This document shows, piece by piece, positions 37,001-44,824 of a stretch of DNA of 64,000 bases. Position numbers and translations under genes: made by a program. The stretch comes from Ignavibacteriota bacterium. GTDB lineage: Bacteria > Bacteroidota > Ignavibacteria > UBA10030 > UBA6906. Within the stretch, counting starts at the first letter, position 1. Each line of letters starts with the position of its first letter. The DNA is taken from NCBI GenBank assembly GCA_963801355.1, contig CAWDEM010000008.1, positions 163,458-227,457 on the forward strand. The letters are read 5' to 3'. The notes beneath the pieces were generated by a model that saw only the letters and a program-made list of their open reading frames with translations, did no database searches and had not been told where the DNA came from.

Positions 37001-37313
37001 TGCGTCAAAGCCATATGTAGTGCCAAACCCCTATGTGGGGGCCGCGAGTTTCGAGCCGGAACGGTATGCAGTCACCGGAAGAGGCGAACGGCGGCTGGAA
37101 TTCCGGGGGATTCCCGTCGGTGCGACCATCAGGATATACACGGTGGCAGGCTATCTCGTGCAGACGCTCTATCATGATGGGTCGACGAATTCCATGATCC
37201 CGTGGAATCTCCGCACGAAAGACAATCTCGACGTCGCCCCGGGTCTCTATCTTTTCCATGTCGAGGCCGCCGGCTTCGATGAGTTCATCGGCAAGTTTGC
37301 GATCGTGAGGTGA
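34035..37313 (+). CDS. 1092-aa secreted protein of unknown function with Ca-binding-like Asp clusters, an FN3-like module and a divergent T9SS-like C-terminal domain
   Basis: AAGGAG RBS. Signal peptide MLVLCFCLAGSAIAQ. Asp-rich loops DDDQDGIVDE and GEGDGMPTDGEPDFNQTDKDESD. FVRLSWSDVSE..FEGFRVYRS is FN3-like. C-terminus YVVPNPYVGAASF...GLYLFHVE..KFAIVR. Confidence 0.6.
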   Translation: MNRILNKASHVEGIARWPGMLVLCFCLAGSAIAQDVLQPVVPKHLRGRNDAERSGTHDAGNIRTVFYNYGMVGSYPDDPINVDLSIFHSAEVPKGTGMNYSDGITPFVLGRVQQQNGVPAYIMETGFRERQVESPYTQKIMRFEPRPGYMQANPGINVGRSIAMSNDSRTWPDTWPDKESDAFDPGWPGSWNGYFGKRPNADQESFFVMDDDFYDAWNFYPDATRDMTRRGLGLRVEVRGFQWANPQATNVIFWHYDIVNEGSTSYSDILFGLYMDSGVGGSTYSCDGIAESDDDNAYFDRSFGLNLTYTWDKFGHGTDLSSNCAVTGYLGYAYLETPGNSFNAQDDDQDGIVDESRDNAAGELVLGRDNIRARVQAKYGMSSFEIFYGPLASRPAYRVGRWWTGDENMNWVADYDDVGQDGLAGTNDPGEGDGMPTDGEPDFNQTDKDESDQIGLTGFKMNRIKGPSRSDPVDDIVFFGLWPPLLYQQFTDPTPSARFDASVVLNYNIGFLFASGPFELRKGKRERFSLALAYGADLDELRTQVKTVQQIYNANYQFAVPPPVPVVRAETGDTFVRLSWSDVSERGIDPVTRENDFEGFRVYRSTDPEFRDPRVVTNARGTGTFGNGRPIAQFDLKNDIKGFSRQVIDGVAYDLGTDSGLRHTYLDTLVNNGQEYFYAVCAYDRGSDSLGFYPSENSIPVSRTPRGGVVLPPNVVQVRPEPRVPGFVDAGASPVRQVQGDGTADIQIEIVDSKQVPDTRTYHLRFATDRVNGIHATRYELVDSVLQKAVFSFGTDFSGERRGPVGNGLLPVIRTPEFPQVDTLKSGFRPGAVTNAKLRITNVDKDSTDVRREGYPSDFRITFGTVALDTTVLSIYGDAMPVKFKVEAVSSQEPRKMKVYFLDADADSTLSVAGDLLIVVTSIAGSSSPTVTWLVQIDTTGPGGAAGVIPPRAGDIYDAKLRIPLGPADIFSFTVTGQRVDAGTAVADYASKPYVVPNPYVGAASFEPERYAVTGRGERRLEFRGIPVGATIRIYTVAGYLVQTLYHDGSTNSMIPWNLRTKDNLDVAPGLYLFHVEAAGFDEFIGKFAIVR

Positions 37314-37317
37314 TGCG

Positions 37318-38325
37318 ATGACACGAACCATACTGATAGCCGCGGCAGCGTTGCTGACCTGGTCGGTGCTTCACGGGCAGTCCAAGACCGGCACTTCGGT
37401 GGGACAATTCACACTCATTGAGCCGAGCGCCCGCTCTTCTGCAATGGGAGGTGTGGGGGTGACCTCCTCTGCGGAGGCCATGTCTGCATACTACAACCCT
37501 GCTGCACTCGGCTCACTGCTCCAGTCAGACCTGCAGTTTACGCACAACGTCTGGTTTGGCGACATCGTGCTAAACCATGCTGCGGCGGCGCTTCACCTCG
37601 GGGAGCGGAGCACCGTGGCCGTTGCCGTCACGCACCTCTCGTCAGGTGATATTGATGTGCGGACCGTGGAACAACCGATGGGGACCGGCGAACGCTATTC
37701 CGTCACAGACCTTCTGATCGGTGCCGGCTTCGGCATGATGATCACCGACCGGTTCAGCTGCGGGATCCAGGTGAACTATGCCACCGAACGAATATGGCAC
37801 AGCAGCATCGGACTCTTCTCTGTCAACCTGGGGACACTCTACCGGCTCTCGGAAGATGGCTTGCGCATCGGTGCCAGTCTGGTGAATTTCGGGACCAAGG
37901 GCGCATTCGATGGGACCGACCTGCGCGTACGGTACGATCTGGATGCGTCGAGATACGGTGACAACGCGAGCCTGCCCGCTTCCCTCGTGACCGATCAGTT
38001 CGCCCTGCCGATTGTCTTCCGTGTCGGTCTGGGTTATCCCTGGCGCGTTGACAACGGCAACATTCTGGACGTGGCGGTGGAGGCAATAAACCCCAGCGAC
38101 AACAGTCCCGCGATTAATGTAGGCGCGGAATGGTTTTACCGCGAGGTGTTTGCTCTGCGCGCCGGATATGCAGCCCTTTTCCAGACCGACAGCGACTTTG
38201 GTCTGACGCTCGGTGCGGGAGTTGTCTGGGACGGTCTGGGCAATGATCTCCGGGTTGACTACAGCTGGGCCGACCACGCCCGCCTCGGCGGAGTCCAGCG
38301 GGTGACGCTGGGGATCGCTTTCTGA
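37318..38325 (+). CDS. PorV/PorQ-family outer-membrane beta-barrel (paralog 3)
   Basis: Signal peptide followed by GTSVGQFTLIEPSARSSAMGGVGVTSSAEAMSAYYNPAAL. Ends ..VTLGIAF. Lies 4 nt after the preceding gene. Confidence 0.65.
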   Translation: MTRTILIAAAALLTWSVLHGQSKTGTSVGQFTLIEPSARSSAMGGVGVTSSAEAMSAYYNPAALGSLLQSDLQFTHNVWFGDIVLNHAAAALHLGERSTVAVAVTHLSSGDIDVRTVEQPMGTGERYSVTDLLIGAGFGMMITDRFSCGIQVNYATERIWHSSIGLFSVNLGTLYRLSEDGLRIGASLVNFGTKGAFDGTDLRVRYDLDASRYGDNASLPASLVTDQFALPIVFRVGLGYPWRVDNGNILDVAVEAINPSDNSPAINVGAEWFYREVFALRAGYAALFQTDSDFGLTLGAGVVWDGLGNDLRVDYSWADHARLGGVQRVTLGIAF

Positions 38326-38366
38326 TTCCCTTTCTGTTCTGAGCTCCTTTTCATTGAGAGCGTGTC

Positions 38367-40772
38367 ATGCCTGAGCCGAATCTCTTTCCAGGAAAATACG
38401 GTCACTTCTCCGCGGACGGGCGGGAGTATGTCATCACCGATCCGCGCACGCCGCGACCCTGGATCAACGTCATCAGCAACGGCGACTACGGCCTCACGTT
38501 TTCACAGGGCGGTAGCGGATACAGCTGGCGGACGCATGCACAGCTCAACCGGCTGACCAGGTGGGAACAGGACCTGCTGAGGGACGACTGGGGAAAATAC
38601 ATTTATATCACTGACGAGTCCGGCCACTGCTGGTCGGCGGCATGGAAACCCGTCGCGGTCGAGCCCTCGGAATACCGCTGCCGTCACGGCTTCGGATACT
38701 CTGTTATCGAGTCGCGCAACTTCGGCATACGGAGCGTTTTCACGGTCTTTGTCCCCAATGACGAACCCTGTGAAGTCTGGATGCTCGAGCTGAAGAACAC
38801 GTCGCGGCGGACCCGGCGGTTGCGTCTGACTACCTACCTTGAATGGTGTCTCGGTGCCGCGCCCGATTGGCATCGCGAATTTCACCGGACGTTCATCGAG
38901 ACGGAATTCGACCGGGACGCGCGCGCGATATTTGCCAGAAAACGTCTCTGGGAAATCCCCACGGCGAAGGGACACTGGAATGCAGACTGGAACTATGTAG
39001 GATTCCACGGCTGCAGCCAGGCCCCGAATTCCTTCGACACCGACAAGGAGACCTTCCTCGGGCGCTACGGTTCCCTCCGGCAGCCCGAAGGGGTGAAGGG
39101 CTCCGCTCTCAAGGGCCGGTCGGGGAAATGGCTTGACCCGATCGCGAGCCTCAGAGCACACATCGTGCTGCAACCGGGTGAGGAGAAGACGGTCTGCTTC
39201 ACGCTCGGAGCTGCAGGTTCCCTTCAGGAAGCGCGGGATATCGCGAAGAAATACCAATCCCGGGAGTCAGCAAAGAAAGCTCTTGCAGCAGTGAGCCAGC
39301 GGTGGGAGACGCTTCTCGGAACTACGTCTGTGACTACTCCTGATCCCGCACTGGACCTCATGGTCAACTACTGGTTGAAGTACCAGGCAATCTCAGGGAG
39401 GATCTGGGGTAGGACGGCATACTACCAGACGGGCGGAGCATTCGGGTTCCGCGACCAGTTGCAGGATTCCCAGATCTTTCTTCCCATCGATGCTGCGCGA
39501 ACCCGGGATCAGATACTCCTGCATGCACGGCATCAGTTCAAAGACGGCTCCGTATATCACTGGTGGCACCCCATCACGGAGGTCGGTCTTCGCAACGACA
39601 TGAGCGACAATCTGCTCTGGCTCCCGTTCGTTGTTGCGAACTACCTTGCGGAAACCGGTGAGGTTGCAGTTCTCCAGGACCGGCAGCCATTTCTTGACGA
39701 CAGTACGCCTGCGACACTCTTCGACCATTGTCACCGGGCGATCGACCGCGTGTGGGGAAGAAGAAGCCCGCGCGGCTTGCCACTGATCGGGGCGGGCGAC
39801 TGGAATGACGGATTGAGTGCCGTGGGTCTGGATATGAAGGGAGAGTCGGTCTGGCTGGGGCATTTCCTTCACAGGATACTCCTCGATTTTTCGGATATCG
39901 CGGCCCGGACGGGCGAGCGGAACCGTTCCGTGGAATACCGGGGACGGGCAGAGATTCTACGTGAAGTGCTCAATCAGGAGGGATGGGATGGCGAGTGGTA
40001 CTGGCGTGCAACGAAGGACTCCGGAGAGAAACTTGGCAGCAAAGAGAACAAAGAAGGAATGATTTATCTGAACGCCCAGACCTGGGCGGTCATAGCTGAT
40101 GTGGCGGACGAAACACGCGGCGGGCTGGTGATGGATGCCGTTGAACGGTTCCTCGAATACAAGGCGGGTCCTCTCCTTCTCGTCCCCGCATACCAGACGC
40201 CGGACGTGAACATCGGGTATCTCTCCAGGTACGCGCCCGGTGTGCGGGAAAACGGGGGCGTCTACACTCATGCCGCCACGTGGTCGGTGCTTGCGGCAGC
40301 CAGGATCGGGCGAGGGGAGATGGCGTACCGCCTCTTCTCCAAGATCAATCCCATCGTACGCGGAAGGAAGCCGGACGAGTATTATGCCGAACCGTATGTC
40401 ACCGCGGGAAATATCGATGGTCCGGATTCACCCTGGTACGGTCGTGGCGGGTGGACGTGGTACACAGGTTCTGCAGCGTGGCTCTTCCGGGCTGCCATGG
40501 AAGGCATCCTCGGAATCAGGCCGACCGCCGGGGGATTACTCGTGGATCCCTGCATCATGCCGGCCTGGAAGGGATTTCACGTGCGCAGGAGGTTCCGTGG
40601 AGCTCTGTACGACATCGAAGTGAGGAATCCCGACAAGACGACCGTCGGGGTGTCTGCGTTGGAGATTGATGGCGTGGCTGTGAATGTCACTTCCCGGGGC
40701 CGGGGCGTCCTTCTTCCAATGTTCCCTCCGGAAACCGATCACCGCGTTGTTGTCACGATGGGGAACTCTTAG
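38367..40772 (+). CDS. GH94 glycoside phosphorylase (cellobiose/chitobiose/beta-1,2-oligoglucan phosphorylase family)
   Basis: N-terminus YGHFSADGREYVITDPRTPRPWINV aligns with cellobiose phosphorylase [24 protein letters not shown]. Also GFRDQLQD, the catalytic-loop LPLIGAGDWNDGL, ENGGVYTH and YTGSAAW. No signal peptide, so it is cytoplasmic. Confidence 0.85.
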   Translation: MPEPNLFPGKYGHFSADGREYVITDPRTPRPWINVISNGDYGLTFSQGGSGYSWRTHAQLNRLTRWEQDLLRDDWGKYIYITDESGHCWSAAWKPVAVEPSEYRCRHGFGYSVIESRNFGIRSVFTVFVPNDEPCEVWMLELKNTSRRTRRLRLTTYLEWCLGAAPDWHREFHRTFIETEFDRDARAIFARKRLWEIPTAKGHWNADWNYVGFHGCSQAPNSFDTDKETFLGRYGSLRQPEGVKGSALKGRSGKWLDPIASLRAHIVLQPGEEKTVCFTLGAAGSLQEARDIAKKYQSRESAKKALAAVSQRWETLLGTTSVTTPDPALDLMVNYWLKYQAISGRIWGRTAYYQTGGAFGFRDQLQDSQIFLPIDAARTRDQILLHARHQFKDGSVYHWWHPITEVGLRNDMSDNLLWLPFVVANYLAETGEVAVLQDRQPFLDDSTPATLFDHCHRAIDRVWGRRSPRGLPLIGAGDWNDGLSAVGLDMKGESVWLGHFLHRILLDFSDIAARTGERNRSVEYRGRAEILREVLNQEGWDGEWYWRATKDSGEKLGSKENKEGMIYLNAQTWAVIADVADETRGGLVMDAVERFLEYKAGPLLLVPAYQTPDVNIGYLSRYAPGVRENGGVYTHAATWSVLAAARIGRGEMAYRLFSKINPIVRGRKPDEYYAEPYVTAGNIDGPDSPWYGRGGWTWYTGSAAWLFRAAMEGILGIRPTAGGLLVDPCIMPAWKGFHVRRRFRGALYDIEVRNPDKTTVGVSALEIDGVAVNVTSRGRGVLLPMFPPETDHRVVVTMGNS

Positions 40773-40774
40773 CG

Positions 40775-43300
40775 ATGAACACATACGCTGTCTCGAACTA
40801 CCAGAAGAAAACACGCGTGCTCGGTCTTGCCATACTGACGGTTCTTGGTGCAGCCGGGATCCAGACGTCGCCCTGCCACGCTCAGACGACACCGCCGATT
40901 GTCATCTTTGACGAGGACGATGCGGCCGGTACGGGGTACTACGATGCTTCGTTCGGCACACGCCAGGGCGGCAGCCTGCTGACGCTTGCAGGTGCGGCGA
41001 GCGACAAACTCCCGATAATTACCGGACGCGCGTACTCAGGGACGCAGTGCGGTCTCCTGCAATGGACATCAGGCCCGGGGGCTCTCTGGGGTCTCTACGT
41101 CTCCAGTCCGGCCTGGATGGCGCGTGATGCGTCGAAATATGATTCGTTGACGTTGATGTTCAATGGCCCGGCGATCATCGATACGGCCATGCTTCCCTGG
41201 ATCAGTTTGGAAAGCACCACGAATCAAAAAGCCTCCACCGTAAGTCTGGCGACATTCCTGCCTCAGGGCCTTGACGCTGACACTGCGACGTGGCAGCGGA
41301 TAAGCATCCCGCTCGGTGCTTTCAAACCGTACGGTTCCTTCCTGCTCGAGCAGTTCAAGGATTTCTGGTTCAGTCAGCGGGCTGCGGACAATGTACAGCA
41401 CACGATCTGGTTTGACAACGTCTGCCTGGTCGGGAAAGAGGGCACTCTTGCCCCCGTTGCTGTGCGGGAGCTGGTAGCCCGGAGCGGCGATCGGAGCGTA
41501 CTTCTCCATTGGGAGCCGGATTCGGTACAGCTGGCGGATGGCTACTATGTCTACCGCGCCATACAAACCGCCGGTCCATATACCCGTCTGACGGCAACTG
41601 CAGCTCCGCTCTCAGGCTGGGCGGATGTCACGGTGAGCAACGGACAAACCTATTGGTATTACGTTCGCGCTGTCGGGGGTGGAGCAGTGGAGGGTCCCCC
41701 CTCGGACACCGTTGCCGTCGCTCCTGCGGCGTTTCTGAACGACGGGGATTTTCTGGATTACGTGCAGCGTGCTGCAATCGACTATTTCTGGTACGAGGCG
41801 AATCCGTCAAATGGCCTGATCCGTGACCGTAGCCAGCGTGGCTCGCCGGCCAGCATCGCCGCTACCGGTTTCGGCCTTTCTGCGATTCATGTCGGAGCTG
41901 ACCACGGGTGGATCCCCCGTGCGGCGGCGCGAGACCGCGTACTCAGAACATTGCAGACATTCTGGGAGGGGCCCCAGGGGACCGGGATCTCCGGGACGAT
42001 CGGCTACCGCGGTTTCTTCTACCATTTTCTCGACATGACCACGGCAACGCGGATGGTCAGCTGGGATCCCGAACTCTCGTCGATCGACACAGGGTTGTTG
42101 CTCGCGGGGATTCTGGATGCGCGCCAGTACTTCAACGGTGCGGATTCCCTTGAGTCGCGAATCCGCGAGCTTGCCGATTCAATCTACGCCAGGGTCGAAT
42201 GGGACTGGATGCGCAACGGCGGAGTGTCGCTGACCCATGGGTGGCAACCGGCGTCCGGTTTTCTTCCATACCGGTGGACCGGGTATTGCGAGGCGATGAT
42301 TTTGTATATCCTGGCAATGGGAGCGCCTGCCCACGCCATTCCCGGGAGTGCATGGGGGTCATGGACGAGCGGGTACAGCTGGTACTCAAACCAGTACGGT
42401 TTTTCCTTCCTGGGTTTTCCTCCTCTCTTCGGTCATCAGTATACGCACTGCTGGGTGGACTTCAGAGGAATCGCTGATGCCTACATGACTGCAAAGGGCA
42501 TCACCTACGCAGAGAACACCCGGCGTGCCACACTTGCCCAGCAGGCCTACTGCATTGCGAACCCGAGAGGGTTCGCCGGATATGGCGCGCTTGTGTGGGG
42601 GTTGACTGCGTGCGACGGTCCAAACGGTACAGGCTACCTGGGTTACAGTGCCCGGGGGGCGCCCGGCCCTGGCACAATTGACGATGGGACGATTGCGCCC
42701 ACCGCTGCAGCGGGGTCCATGCCGTTCACCCCGGAGATCTCTCTGCCCACGCTGCGCAATATGTACGATCAGTACAGGACGAATATCTGGACGCTGTACG
42801 GCTTTGCCGATGCGTTCAATCTTAAGGCGAATTGGTGGGATGCCGACGTCATCGGAATCGACCAGGGGCCAATTGCGTTGATGACCGAGAATCACAGGAC
42901 CGGATCTCTCTGGACACGCTACATGGCCGCGCCGGAGATACAGCGCGGATTGTCCGCGGCTGGCTTCGCGACGTTGGTCTCTGTGCCGGGCGAGAAACAC
43001 AACGTCCCCCTGCAGTGGGCACTCGAGCAGAACTATCCCAATCCTTTCAACCCGAGTACAACGATAGGATACACGGTACCGGGAACAGGCAGTAGGCACG
43101 AGGCAATAGGCAACGGGTGGATGCGGCTCAGCGTACATGACATACTGGGCCGTGAGGTCGCGGTGCTCGTGGATGAAAAGAAAGAACCCGGGAGCTACAC
43201 GGTGACATGGAATGCGGCCGGCCTCGCGAGCGGCGTCTATCTGTGCAGGCTCACCGCAGGTGAGTTCACCGATGTGAAGCGGATGGTGCTGCTCCGCTAG
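40775..43300 (+). CDS. Secreted GH144-like (PF10091 glucoamylase-like; endo-beta-1,2-glucanase family) protein with CBM-like, FN3 and T9SS C-terminal domains
   Basis: Signal peptide. FN3-like VLLHWEPDS..YYVYRA. Core motifs ASIAATGFGL, YRGFFYHFLD, LSSIDTGLL, GHQYTHCWVDFRGI, GFADAFN and VIGIDQGPIALMTENHR. Sorting domain LEQNYPNPFNPSTTI. Confidence 0.65.
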   Translation: MNTYAVSNYQKKTRVLGLAILTVLGAAGIQTSPCHAQTTPPIVIFDEDDAAGTGYYDASFGTRQGGSLLTLAGAASDKLPIITGRAYSGTQCGLLQWTSGPGALWGLYVSSPAWMARDASKYDSLTLMFNGPAIIDTAMLPWISLESTTNQKASTVSLATFLPQGLDADTATWQRISIPLGAFKPYGSFLLEQFKDFWFSQRAADNVQHTIWFDNVCLVGKEGTLAPVAVRELVARSGDRSVLLHWEPDSVQLADGYYVYRAIQTAGPYTRLTATAAPLSGWADVTVSNGQTYWYYVRAVGGGAVEGPPSDTVAVAPAAFLNDGDFLDYVQRAAIDYFWYEANPSNGLIRDRSQRGSPASIAATGFGLSAIHVGADHGWIPRAAARDRVLRTLQTFWEGPQGTGISGTIGYRGFFYHFLDMTTATRMVSWDPELSSIDTGLLLAGILDARQYFNGADSLESRIRELADSIYARVEWDWMRNGGVSLTHGWQPASGFLPYRWTGYCEAMILYILAMGAPAHAIPGSAWGSWTSGYSWYSNQYGFSFLGFPPLFGHQYTHCWVDFRGIADAYMTAKGITYAENTRRATLAQQAYCIANPRGFAGYGALVWGLTACDGPNGTGYLGYSARGAPGPGTIDDGTIAPTAAAGSMPFTPEISLPTLRNMYDQYRTNIWTLYGFADAFNLKANWWDADVIGIDQGPIALMTENHRTGSLWTRYMAAPEIQRGLSAAGFATLVSVPGEKHNVPLQWALEQNYPNPFNPSTTIGYTVPGTGSRHEAIGNGWMRLSVHDILGREVAVLVDEKKEPGSYTVTWNAAGLASGVYLCRLTAGEFTDVKRMVLLR

Positions 43301-43419
43301 CATCGATCGAATTCAGGGGCAAGCAGTTATGATTGTCTCTTGGTTAGAACAGCATGCAGGGGCTGGCATTGATCATCGGAAGAGTACATAGTCACTGGCA
43401 CTCATGATTCTCCATTAGC

Positions 43420-44814
43420 ATGGTACGCACGCGCTCGCTCGCCATATGTGGATTTCTCCTGCTTGCCTTCCTCTCCCTTCATTGCGGGGGGAGCGGCACC
43501 TCGACCGTTTCGAATTACGCCTCATGGGATCCGTTCCTCGACACCCTGCAATCACGTACGCTGCAGTTCTTCCTGGCGACCGCTGATTCCACAACCGGTC
43601 TGAGTCCTGACCGATGGCCTTCCGCTTCACCCTCGAGCATCGCGGCGGTGGGATATGCCCTGACCGGATACCCCATTGCGGCGGAGAGGGGATTGATCAC
43701 GCGCGCGGAGGCGGCCCGGCGTGTCCTGAATGTGCTGGAGTTCCTCTGGAAGCTCCCTCAAAGCGACCGGCCGGTCTCGACAGCCGGCTACCGCGGACTC
43801 TTCTATCATTTCATAGCGATGCAAACCGGGCTCCGTGTCTGGAATTGTGAACTCTCCACGATCGACACAGGCCTGCTCATGGCAGGCGCTCTCTTCTGCC
43901 AGAGCTACTTCGATGCCGCGGAGCCGCAGGAGGCCGAGATCCGGGCGATGGCCGACAGTCTCTACCGGCGGGTCGACTGGCTCTGGGCGAGTGATGGGTC
44001 CCAGGGCATTCGTCTTGGCTGGTATCCCGAACGAGGGTTCGTGAAGAAGACCTGGACCGGTTACGATGAGGCGATGATCCTGTATATTCTTGCTCTCGGT
44101 TCACCGACCCATGCAATCCCGGCGGAGTCATGGAATTACTACACCTCGACATATCTCTGGGCGGAGTACCAGGGGTCCGAGTTCGTCAGCTTTGGACCCC
44201 TCTTTGGACACCAGTACTCCCACTGCTGGATTGATTTCCGGGGGATTCAGGATGTGTATATGCGGTCCCGTGGCATTGACTACTTCGAGAACTCCCGGCG
44301 GGCAACCGCTTCGCAACGATCCTATGCAATTGCGAATCCGGCCGGATTTGCCGGCTATTCGGACAGCATCTGGGGGCTGACGGCGTGCGATGGTCCCCGC
44401 GACGTTGTTCTTCACGTCGAGGGGCGGGAGCGGAAGTTCCAAACATATGCCGCCCGGGGAGTCTCGGTGGACTGGGTTAATGATGATGGGACAATTGCTC
44501 CCACTGCGGCGGGGGGATCCGTGGCATTTGCGCCGGAGCTCTGCGTTCCTGCCCTCAAGGCATTGCGGAACCGCCACGGGGACCGTCTCTTCCGGGAGTT
44601 CGGCTTCGCCGATGCGTTCAACATGACCTTCATTACCCCGGAAACCCCGGCGGGGTGGTATGATGCGGATTATATCGGGATCGATCAGGGGCCGATTGCG
44701 GTCATGATCGAAAACCTCCGGAATGGTTTCGTGTGGGAGACCATGAAGAAGAATCCATATGTTGTGAGCGGATTGAAGCGAGCAGGGTTCACCGGGGCAT
44801 GGCTCCAGCATTGA
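43420..44814 (+). CDS. GH144-like (PF10091) lipoprotein, paralog of the catalytic core of 40775-43300
   Basis: Lipobox FLSLHCGG. Same core motif set: SSIAAVGYAL, YRGLFYHFIA, LSTIDTGLL, GHQYSHCWIDFRGI, GFADAFN and YIGIDQGPIAVMIENLR. No sorting domain. Confidence 0.65.
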   Translation: MVRTRSLAICGFLLLAFLSLHCGGSGTSTVSNYASWDPFLDTLQSRTLQFFLATADSTTGLSPDRWPSASPSSIAAVGYALTGYPIAAERGLITRAEAARRVLNVLEFLWKLPQSDRPVSTAGYRGLFYHFIAMQTGLRVWNCELSTIDTGLLMAGALFCQSYFDAAEPQEAEIRAMADSLYRRVDWLWASDGSQGIRLGWYPERGFVKKTWTGYDEAMILYILALGSPTHAIPAESWNYYTSTYLWAEYQGSEFVSFGPLFGHQYSHCWIDFRGIQDVYMRSRGIDYFENSRRATASQRSYAIANPAGFAGYSDSIWGLTACDGPRDVVLHVEGRERKFQTYAARGVSVDWVNDDGTIAPTAAGGSVAFAPELCVPALKALRNRHGDRLFREFGFADAFNMTFITPETPAGWYDADYIGIDQGPIAVMIENLRNGFVWETMKKNPYVVSGLKRAGFTGAWLQH

Positions 44815-44824
44815 GGGCTCTGGC

